DNA of 64,000 nt, from contig CAXUUL010000008.1 of assembly GCA_964255285.1 (NCBI GenBank), positions 1 through 64,000 of the forward strand, written 5' to 3'. The DNA comes from Ionaspis alba (taxonomy: Eukaryota). A program made the position numbers and the translations under genes. Positions 1 to 10,937 of the stretch are shown here, one piece after another. The first letter of the stretch is position 1; every line of letters begins with the position of its first letter. The notes beneath the pieces were generated by a model. The model was not told the DNA's origin. It made no database searches and saw only the letters and a program-made list of their open reading frames with translations.

Positions 1-411
1 CCCCGTAATCCACCCGTCTTGCTGGATCAGCTTGTCCATCGCTCGGGCTTCTTGTTCATTCTGCTGTTGTTAAACTATCCTATCCTTTACTTACTTCTTC
101 AATGCTGACGAGTGCGATCGGTGTTGAGGCCGTCCCTTGTGTTTGCCCTAACTAAGTCGTCTTTTGCTCTTTCCTTCACCATAGCATCGTTGTGAATCAG
201 CGGCACGGCTTGACCTCCATGGCGCGATGATCGGATACCCGCCTCGTGGACGAACGCCTGGTCGTGCGACTCGAATGAGTGCGAAGAAGTCCAGCGTGGC
301 CGCAACGCAAATAACAGACGCTGCTGTTGGCGGAAACTCGCACCAGCACTGATTCGGTGGCCAGACTGTCTGCGTTTGGCTTGGTCCAGGAGTAATACAG
401 AGAGCATAGAC

Positions 412-3400
412 ATGGCAGTGGTCGCGCCGCCTTCCTCACTTGTCTCGAATCCATCGTATCACGGCGACGACGGCGAGTACATCTCCGCGAAGCGGAAACG
501 AGAAATCCGAAAGCCTGTCGATACCCTGCGAGGAGAAGAAGCTCCTCACAATGGAGTGTCCAAGGTCTCTAGCAACGTCGCGGGAAAGGGCTTGAGGAGG
601 AAATCATCGGGAAGCATCAGCGGAAGAGACCGCCAGAGTTCCCTGCGCCGGGTCAAAAATAGCACTGATATGCTGCGGGAACGTTCGCTGCGACGGCAGA
701 AATCCACAAAAGAAGTACCTTTAGATCCGAATTCTGGTGGGCGGGAAGGCAGGAAATTTACCGTTGCGAACGTTGGCAATAACGGCATGATATACCTGAG
801 GTTGGTGGCCGAAAGAAATCTTCTACGAATGCACCGTTTGGAGCTAGATACAGTGTCCTGATGCTAACGTTGCGTTGATATACGCTAGGCCTGTCCAAAG
901 ACCGATTCAACAGCCCGAACCTCCCATATCGCCCTTTGCGTTTCCCGTAACCCCACCGAGTAGTGCTGGACTCGACAAAGCTGCACTGCAGGCGCCGGAG
1001 ACGCAAGTTCGCGACAGTGTATGGACCCACCTCTCGACACCAACACGTCCTCATAAAGTGAACCCACCACAACCACCATCTCAAGGCTCTGTAGGAAGAT
1101 CTCGGCGATCCTATTCACAGTCTACAATCGACGGACATACTGTCAATGAGCGGCTAGAGTCTGGGGCATTCAAAATCATCATAGATAGACCAGATTCCTC
1201 CGCGAAATCCGAGGAGGAAGACAGCAACGTCTTACCCACGCTACAGGTCCCCATTCCCCACTACCGGCTTGGTACTCCGAGATTTAGCGCTCGCGGTACG
1301 GCTTTCCTACACAGTTCGATATATACAAGGTCAAGTCACGAGGAGTTGGGATCCTCTTTGTTTGCCGGTGGGGAGCACGATAGACTTTTTCCCAGACCTC
1401 CCGGGATGGAGACCCAATCAGTTCTCTCACGCCGACATTCGCACACCTTGCCACAGTCCAATTCAGCCCACAGAGCTCCCGGAAACCAGGGAACAACGGC
1501 CGCTTCACGAATGCCGTCTCAGATGATCCACAGAGCAACGACGCCAATACTACCAAACATCTATGATTCTCTGACGAAGAACCCGCACGATCCGTCCATC
1601 GTGAAATATTCCCCGACCACCCGCGAGATTGTTGCGGCATCACCCGCTCGTATAATCGCCCAAGTTACGTCTGAGAACTTCCTGGACTACGAATTACTCT
1701 CCGACTTCTTCTTGACTGTTCGCGCCTACCTCTCCACCCACGATTTGCTCTCGTACTTGGTTGCTCGCTTCGAATGGGCCATCAATAGATTTGATGATAA
1801 CGGACGGGTGATTCGCGTCCGAGCTTTTGCTGCGCTTCGACATTGGATATTGAACTATTTCTCATACGACTTCGTGATGGATCGCGACCTCCGGGTTCAA
1901 TTTTGCGACAGATTGAATTCTCTGGCTCAGGTCGTCCGTGCGAGAGCCGACTATGGTGCCAGTGACATGAAATTGATAACGGATCTGAAGAAATGCTGGA
2001 ACGGTCGATGCATGCTTTACTGGGATGGCCTGACCAATGGAAGTGATAGTCCCTACGAAAGCGACATCCGCCCAGGTGGAATTGTGGGAAGTCGAAATAG
2101 TGAGCTGAGCCATCCCAGCCAGTTGCCGACCAAGGCAGTCGTACTAGATTCGCCCCAGCTTGGATCGAGCTACGGACAGGTACCGCCGGGCTCAACTCTT
2201 GCGAACTGGTATGGCTCAAACCAACAGTCTGGGACGACCAAGACACAAGGTCATCAGCGTCAATCCTCGGGCGCAACCACACGAAGTCTCCCAATCTCTC
2301 CCGGCAGCGAGCAAAGCATCCCAGCTCTGTCTTGCTCCATCCCTGCCAAAGGGTTCAAGAAGGTGGTCCCGTATGCGAACAAAGCTCTTGGTATACATCC
2401 AGCACCCACGACAGCTGAGGGTCGGCGAATCTGTCCTGCGGCTCCATCTTCGTTAGCTAACGACCTCTCTACTCGACCTTCAATGGCGCACAGACGCAGT
2501 GGAAGCTTCTCTGATGCAGCCCGGGACAAGAGAGAACCCTTGTCTTCGGAGAGAGCCGCTGCTTCGGAAGACCATGTACAGTTGGCTTACCCATACGCTG
2601 GCAGCTTAATAAGAGGTAATCTTATCTCTCCCGGAGAGCCCTATGTGCATATCTTTTCCCCGACCACACCAGCAGTCGAGCTTCCGCACTTCAATCTGTC
2701 ATCTTCCCAAGATCAAGAGAATGATATTTATGGCAATCGGAAGCTTGGCGCATCGAATAATCCTGGTGTCAAGAACTTGATCGGTAACATCCGCAGGGCT
2801 CTAAGCAGTAAGAATAATAGCAGCACCTCGCCTTCAACGATGGGGGGTAATGGTCCTTCCGCGCACACGTTATCGATAGCAAAACACGCTCCGATTCCGA
2901 TGGATATGATGCATCCAAGCCCTTCTCCTGGTCAACCCAGCCGCTTTAAGACCAGCACCCGTATTGACTTACTTGCTGCCGAAGTCGTCGAAGCTTTCCG
3001 GCAAGCCATGATCGCTCAGCCTCTTGAACTGTCTGGTGGAGAATCTCAACAATACGATAGCATCGGATACGCATCTGGCAACGAAAGGGAGCAACCTTCA
3101 CCAGACATCAGACCATCATTTGACTGTCCCACACCCGGACAGGGTCTTCAGCCGCCCCCCATCCGGAGGTTGAACAGCGATGTTACATTTGGAAGCCAAT
3201 CGATCTTGATTCGAGATGATACTGGATTGAATGTTCCTGAGATTCCTTCAATGTCTGGCGCACTGCTCGGAGATACGGAGGTTCACAAAAATCATGACTC
3301 CTTCAGCAGGACACGTGCGATCACTCCTCCTTCTACTGGTCCTTCTACCCAACATCTTCCTCTGAGCCCAGATCACGCTGTCGTAGACCCTAGTGACCAT

Positions 3401-5755
3401 GCCAGAATGGCGCAATCCAGCCGGCAAGGCGTTCGAGAAGTCTTGGTATCAGAACGTCCGCTCTCTGCATCCACTACCAAGGGTGGTTCTATCGAGAACA
3501 GATCAGAACGGTCGCGACCTTCCATGATCAAGCGAGGACAGTCGTACAAATCCAGCAAATCCGGCTCAATTTCTCTGAGAAGATACGCGTCGTTTCAAAG
3601 CACTCTTGCCAGACATGCTCCCATGGAGAGTGTCGATACCACCACGGCCACAGAGTCTGGGGCTGGTTCCAGCAACGATGTATTTGACCGTGCACCAGTG
3701 CGAATGCTTCGTAGAAGGCCGGGTGGGGATCTTCGAGCCAATCTCAACGTACATGATCTCGAGGGCATTGCGAGACCTAAATCGACCGGATCTATCACGA
3801 CATATACGGATTCTATGAGAGGTTCGGACCTCTATATGACCAGGGATAGGATGACAAAGACTCTCGCTAGCAGCCGTTCCTCTCAGGTTCATCAACAGTC
3901 CACAATGGTGTCTGCGATCACAGACGCTACGAAGTCCCCATCGTTTGTCAGGACTCACTCTTCGCAGCCGGCGCTACGTCGTCCGTCTTTTGAAGCTGCC
4001 GTGGCAGAATTTGCCCGAATTCCTGATGATGAAGAGGGCGGTATTGAAGCTACGCTATTGAAGCTAGAAGGGAAATATAAAAGTCCTTTGGGTTCTCCAG
4101 TGCCACCAATGGCGGTTGAAAACAAAGCTTCTCTAGAGGAATTACTACAAGGTGAAGAGCTAGATGCGAGACAGAGTGTGGAGAAAAGGAAACATCGACA
4201 TGAGCACATGGTAGAAGAGGTTCCTGCGGTTGTTGTATCTTCGATTCCGGAGTCGCCAAACGGAGATCAGCCAGATCAGAGCCTCAATGGGAGCGATCTT
4301 GGTTCGAGGACTGGAAACGTGAGAGCCACTGCGCCATCGACAGTCTATGCCGAATCAGAAGAGTCGTATAACTCGGTACCGTTACTGGAAAGAGGATTGA
4401 ATGAGTCACCCGTCAGCAAAAGCACACTATTCGGGAAGGACAATTCAGTGATGCCACGAGCACTGTTTGACAGGGCTCGATTGGCAAACAGGGGACACGC
4501 TTCAGAGACCAGCAGCATGCGACGGACACTGAAGCATGGATCTTGTGCCCCTACAGCTACCACGGATTCCTTTCTCCTCGACGAGGACGATGACTTCCTG
4601 AGCGACCTTTCCTCCGAGTTATCGGTGGAAGAAGACGATCAGGACGATGTCAGAGACCAATGGCCATCTCCAGAGGCACAGAGACGTTCCGAAAACACAG
4701 TCCTCATCGGTGCACACCCACCTTCGCCCCCTATGACCATGGAAAACGCTCTCTCGATCAGCTCACATGCAGACCAAGCCTACGAGCAGCGCAAGCCTCC
4801 GACACCAGATCCATCGCCCGTCAGCCAGCACGTGGAACCCAACCTACTCAAAGGGTCCGAAGCTCCGCAACAGTACACCATATCTCCCAACACCGGTCTT
4901 CAAGGGCCGCGCCATATGCCTTTCATTCTCGGCCATGACTCTGAACTTCTAGCTCAGCAATTCACCATCATCGAGAAAGACGCGCTCAGCGAAATCGACT
5001 GGCGCGAACTCGTCGACATGCGGTGGCAGATCTCGGCTCCTGTCGTCACCAATTGGGTCGACTACCTTCGGGCGCAGGACCCCCAAGGCATTGATCTTGT
5101 GACCGCTAGATTTAATCTCATGGTCAAGTGGGCGCTTTCCGAGATCATTCTTACACAGAACATCGAGGAACGCGCGTTGTCGATAATGAAGTACATTCAT
5201 ATTGCACATCAGGCGAGGAAACTGCACAACTATGCTACGATGCTCCAACTCACGATTGCCTTGACTTCGGTGGACTGTACACGATTGACCAAGACCTGGG
5301 CGCTGGTTCCAGCCGCGGAGAAGAAGATTTTGGAGGAGCTCGAGACACTGGTGACGCCAAGGCGGAACTTCCATAATTTGCGGGTTGAGATGGAAAAGGC
5401 GAATACGGACGCTGGATGCATTCCCGTCGTTGGTTCGTCTCCCCACCCTCTCTCCCAACGCAGACGGAGATCCTAAGCTAACACCAATTCACTTTCTCTA
5501 GCGCTGTATATCCACGACCTGACCTACAACTCACAAAAGCCGTCCCAGATTCCCAATCCCGTCAACGGCGAGCTACTGATTAACTTCGAGCGCTACCGTA
5601 GTACAGCACTCATTGTCAAAAATTTGCTGAGGCTTATCGATGCGAGTACCAAGTATGCGTTCCAACCGGTGGAGGGTGTCGTGGAAAGATGTTTGTGGAT
5701 GGCGGCGTTACCGGATGACTTGATTCGGAAGCGGGGCAAGGAGTTGGAGACGTGA
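412..5755 (+). CDS. LTE1: Lte1-like Ras guanine nucleotide exchange factor (REM/RasGEF_N + CDC25 domain), 3 exons
   Basis: ATG at 412. Introns 801-888 and 5433-5501 have GT..GCTAAC..AG and join the ORFs in frame. REM-like LLSDFFLTVRAYL...RVRAFAALRHWILNY; CDC25-like LAQQFTIIEK...LHNYATMLQL...GCIPVVALYIHDL...INFERY. Stop TGA 5753-5755. Confidence 0.85.
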
Positions 5756-7369
5756 GATGTGAGAGGGGTTCTTGATATTGGGTCTGTGGGGGCAAGACTG
5801 ACTGTGATGTGGAGGTCCAGTCAGGCATGAGGAAGCTGGACTGGAGTAATGAGTGTGCGTAGGAGCTTATCGGCTTAGTTTTGACGTTTTGTTTTGTATT
5901 GGGCCTCCGGCGGTTGGGTATCCCGCTGGAAACGCGGCTGCTGGCTGCTCTTGGTGCGTCTCTGTTGCTTTCTGATCTGCATTGGTTTGGCTTTCATGAG
6001 TATTATGAGCGACGACAAATTATGCTTTATGATTGATTGTGGCTTTTCTTGTGGAACGGGAAGGGTGTTTAGGGTAATTTATGTATCGATTTGCTTTTCT
6101 GCGCGCCTATGGGGGAGTGGCTTTTACGATATCCTAGTGGAGGTTGCTTTTGTGCGGTGCAAAGTACATGAGTCGTGGTTTAGGTATTAGATCCCATGAA
6201 TGAGAATTAGCTGAGATGAATATGCTCTATGTTTACGGTCCTGCGTCAGGTGCTTGGTCGATATGAACCATGAGTCTTGAGGCGCAGTGGGTCCTGTGGA
6301 TACTTATCTATGGATATCCATGGTGGCTGGGAATGCCATTTTCAATTCAAACTACCAAAGGATGAGAGCACTGGCATGTGAATGTGAATGGAAAATAGGG
6401 TATATAGAGGCACTCCCCATGGAGGAACAGAGACCAGGCCCTGGAGCCCGGAGCATCTTCTTCTATCTCTTCGACCATCTTCTTTTTTCTCCAACTACTT
6501 GACTATGCATCGTAGGTATCCTCCTTGATCGTTTACTTCATTGGCATATACCAACTTCCCAAGTATATCTTCAGTATCTTCTACTTTCGATTTTCGCCAC
6601 CTCCTATCTCTGATACTTCCAACCCATCCATGTCTTTGGTATTTCGACGTCTACTCCTACAGCGACCTCCTCGTATCTATATCTTGTCTTAGAATATCGA
6701 GTATTCCCTATATATCGCGCTACATCTAGCGGCTTTTCTACCTCTGGCCAACCCCCGGCCATTTTCACCACTTTTAGAGCTATTCTCAGCATTCTTAAAT
6801 CTTCGTGGCGACCTCCCTTGTACTTTCAACAGCTCTAACTACCTTAGTCTATCTTTGACAACATTCATACCTTTGGTGACTTCCCGAGCATTCCCGCCGT
6901 TTACAGTACCATGGACTATTTATAACATCTTCAGCATGCACGGCGACTCCTCGTACGGTGGGCGAAATCTTCAGTCTTCCACACTTTGGGCTATTTTCCA
7001 CATATTTCATACAATTGGTGGCCTCCCAGCCAACTTGTGCATCATCACCGTCTCTAATCATATCTCCGGACGATGTCTCACTGGCGACCTCTTCCCATAT
7101 CAGTCAAGTGCACTATATCAGTCATGGTTGGATCCTTCATCCTAGCCACGGCCGATAGCAACTATGCTACACATTCCTACCTCAACCAGTGATATGACCC
7201 ACGATATGAGGAATCATTAGCTCTATGAGCAACACTGCCATCTATATCTATTCACTACCATCCTTTCGACTCCTCACCATTTGATCTACCATCTATAGCA
7301 AGTCTTCCTCCACCCAACACCATGCCCAAGCTCCAATTTCAACATTCATCTATCACCATCTATCCCATC

Positions 7370-8296
7370 ATGTGCTGCCACACTCTACACCTCCCCTTCT
7401 GCGGTTGCGAAGAAGCCTGCGACAATCCCTGCATCCACATCGGCATCTGCCTCTGCACCTGCTGCTTATGCACATCCTGGGGTGGCTATCACCCCGGCGA
7501 GATCGTATTATTCTGGCTTGCCAACAAGTTAGGCTGCTTCACCTATCCAGACACTTTCCCAGTCGATGGCATCAAGCGCGACAAGTGGGGCCTGTTGCAC
7601 CACAAGAAAACGGAGACTTGCCGCGCTTGTCAGAAGAAAATTGACCATGCCGGCATCGGGTACGACAAGGATGGGAAGTACATGCGGAGGATAAGGGAGG
7701 GAGGGAGGTCAAAGTGGGTGACAGACCCAGTTCAATTTGATCCTACGTTGCTGGTCAACATACTACCAGTGGGCGTGTACCAGGGTCCAGGAAACATGGG
7801 TTGGGCAGATCCACCGGGTGCGTTGAAGAGCCTGCAGCAGGATCAACCTCCGTTACAGTTGTTGGAAGGTGTGAATGAAGATCTGCGTGACGAACAGGAA
7901 GATTTGAGTGAAGGAGGTGGTGACGACAACGAACAAGAAGAGCAGAGAAGACACAGGCCAGTACGTCGAAACCGTCCAAAACCCAATGGTCATCGCAGCA
8001 GAACAGTCGACGGGAGATCTAGCAACACTCCTTCCAGCATCGTGTCAAGCGTACCTTCGAGAGCGCTGTCGGCGGTGCCTTCCAGGAGCTTTTCGAGGCT
8101 GCCATCTACCTTGCCACCACCATACACTAGTCGAGCTCCCGGCGCAGCCAGTTCAGCAGCAGGAACTCGAAGCTCGAGAGGCATTGAGATGGCGAGTGGT
8201 CGAGGTACCAGACTGAGCTCGAGAGGAACGTCGAGAGCGATGTTGATGGCGAGTCCGCTCGGACGGCCGTCCCGAGGGAGGGACCGAAGGCGTTGA
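7370..8296 (+). CDS. Hypothetical protein: Cys/His-rich N-terminus, acidic middle, Ser/Arg-rich low-complexity tail
   Basis: Uninterrupted ORF (324 codons from ATG 7322; alternative ATG 7370 gives MCCHTLHLPFCGC...CRAC). No family recognised. Confidence 0.6.
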   Translation: MCCHTLHLPFCGCEEACDNPCIHIGICLCTCCLCTSWGGYHPGEIVLFWLANKLGCFTYPDTFPVDGIKRDKWGLLHHKKTETCRACQKKIDHAGIGYDKDGKYMRRIREGGRSKWVTDPVQFDPTLLVNILPVGVYQGPGNMGWADPPGALKSLQQDQPPLQLLEGVNEDLRDEQEDLSEGGGDDNEQEEQRRHRPVRRNRPKPNGHRSRTVDGRSSNTPSSIVSSVPSRALSAVPSRSFSRLPSTLPPPYTSRAPGAASSAAGTRSSRGIEMASGRGTRLSSRGTSRAMLMASPLGRPSRGRDRRR

Positions 8297-8429
8297 GCTT
8301 GTGTAAACATATATAGCGGCGGGAATACAAATGCTCAGCGTTGTGCTCCGAGCGGGTTTGGAGAGGTGTGTAGATGAACAAATAGTCAAAAGTAGAATTT
8401 AAATATGTTTACTCAACCTCTAGCGCCCT

Positions 8430-10481
8430 TTATGAATTGCCCCGATTCCTTCTCCCTAACCACTCGTCGATCAATCCGGTATAGTTAGTTACCTTGTGCA
8501 TAACCACCCCCAGATATCTTTCCCATAAATCCCCATCCCTTCCTCCAACTCCTCAAACCCAGATCTCCGAGAAGTAAGTCAAAGTATGGTACAGCATCAA
8601 AGACGAAGTCTGGAACCCTGGCTCACTGACCAAACGGATATCTCCCTTTTCCGAATCGATTGAAAAGCGTCGTATCATACTTGACAGTAGAATCGACAGC
8701 CTGCATGATTAGTTTCTCGTCTCCCGTCTGTGGTTTGACGTCAACAAGCAATGGCTTCCAATCGTTGCTCAACGATCTCAAAGACCCCTTAGGCATTTCA
8801 TGCAGATAGGCGTAGGCCAACAAGCTGGTTATATCTGACCGGATTCATCCCTGAAACGGGTAGCTCATTCCCAGGAAGACCAAATTCCTCTCCTTGCGGA
8901 CCACTTGGCTGGGTAGCGCGATACCCCTCCACAGTCTTCATGGTGCATATTCTCTCTCCTTCTCGATTTCGCTCCTCTCCTTCTGTGTGGGTGGAAGATC
9001 AGCAGCAGTCACGAGCAAGGAATTAATTTTCCACTTTCAGTCTTTCGACCAGCATCGGAAACCTCTCTAGGATCTATACATCCGCTTCCTCATTCATAAG
9101 GTCCCAATCATCCTTTTGGTTTCTCATGTACTTCGTACTCGGCACACCACCCTAATCAGAGATCTTTTCCTACGGCGACATCTCCACTCCTAGAGTGAAA
9201 TTCCAGCCCGCATGATAAATCAACGCATCTGCTTTGATTGTCTCCCCATCTGCGAAGACCACTTCTCTTTCATTGAGATCGGCTACATCTTTCCTAACGA
9301 CTCTAACCTAGCCGCTTCGTACAAAGTCGTAAATATCAGTCAGATAGTTCAGGATGCCAATATTCGTAGCACTGTAGCAGATGATCAGTCATGGCAGTCC
9401 AATGATCGCCCAAACTAGTGGTCTACCAGGCGGAGACGAGGAACCGATTCACAACCAGAATGCACTCTCCTTGGGTACCAATCCCTCCAAGCCCTCTTCC
9501 CTTGCTCTCCTCAACCCCGCCCGCTTCACCGTCTCCCCAGTCAACTGTGCCCAGAAATTCCGAACCATCCACCTCCCGACCACTGTCCCGTGCAGCAAGC
9601 TTCTCACACCGACGAGCCCGGCTGCGTCACCCCAGACACATGGTGAAAACCAGCTCCACACCCTCGCCGTAGTCAGCTTCTCCAACCAACACTTCAGAGG
9701 TCCCAACCACACATGCGGCGGCGCCATATACGTTGGTCCGTGCCCTGAAACGCGAATGACCCAGTGTACCCTGCGTCTAGCGCTGGCGAAGAGATAGACG
9801 CAGTCGTAGGCGGCTTTGCTTGCGCCATGGACGGCCACTTCTTTGATGTTTTCTTTCGCCAGCAAGGCGTCTGCTTGGCAGGGAAAATGCGAGAAGGCAC
9901 AGTGGGGGCGTTGAAGGCATCAGCACCGGGAAAACGCTGTGAGAGTCAGGAACTAGTAAGGCCGGTCGCAATGACCAACTTCTCACAAGTCAGTCGCATT
10001 TTTTTACCGCTTTTTATCTCAACGCCTCGACCGACCCATCCCTTTCCTCCACTTGCACCAAGCGCGTCAGCTTCTTCGACGCTTGAGACCCGGACTCCCA
10101 GTGGCATGTGCGGACTCAGGCCCTACTTCTCCGCCTAATCTCTCAAATACCGTCTCATAGTCTCACCGGGGATATATTCCCCGAACTTGACACTATAATT
10201 TTCTGTTGTTATTGGATAATCGGGGGAATTCATAAGTACCGAGGAGGCTGTTTGTGCGGAGGGTGGGATAGATGTTTTTAGGAGCCCAGACACCGCCAGG
10301 GGGCGGAGAGGGAGTGGAGTATGAGAAGGGAATTTAGCGATGATGGGTTTGGTGGAGGGAAGGGAGGAGTCGTTAAGCCGGATGAACACGCGTGAAAGGT
10401 GCGGGCTGCGGAAAGACCTTGAGGTCCGGCGCCAATGATGATGGTGGTATAGTGAGTGGGAGAGGGAGCATTAGTAGCCAT
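8430..10481 (-). pseudogene. Decayed flavin-containing monooxygenase (FMO-like, FAD/NADPH-dependent)
   Basis: Ordered FMO motifs across shifted frames: IIIGAGPQGL, GGVWA..NIYPTLRTN..GTYEF, KLVIATGLTS, VAVHGASKAAYD, VHWVIRVSGHGP, WFSPCVWG, RLWRGIA, PDFVFDAVPYFDLLLGDLGL, YTGLIDEW. At least nine in-frame stops and several frameshifts. Confidence 0.88.
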
Positions 10482-10937
10482 GATAGTAACCTGATGGGCA
10501 GGTTTGGGATCGGAGCAGGTAAGTGGCTGTGCCGCTATGGGATAAGTTACTGGCTCTATCGAAAGGAACGAATCTGATTTGTAGATTCGAAATGGTTGTA
10601 AAGTGAGATGAGGAACTGTACGAGCTGAGGGGTAGATGTTCTGCAATGAATGCGGTGTGACGAGGGACAACCGATAGCTTATGTGCTTGGAAGGATTGCG
10701 CCAAAACAACATCCGTGATGTTAGTTAGTGTATGTATGGCTGCGACGCGAGCTGAGAGCGGATAATGGCTTGATCGAGCATTGTACGTGGAACCGCCAGC
10801 TAATGAATAGCCAGGAGAAATCGCAACGCGAAGAGTAGGACAAACAAATCGTAAGAAGATATGCATGAAAAGAATAGGTTGTTTATGTGCTTCAAATGGC
10901 GTCTTTCCACACACAAATCCAAGATCCCACCCTGGGC

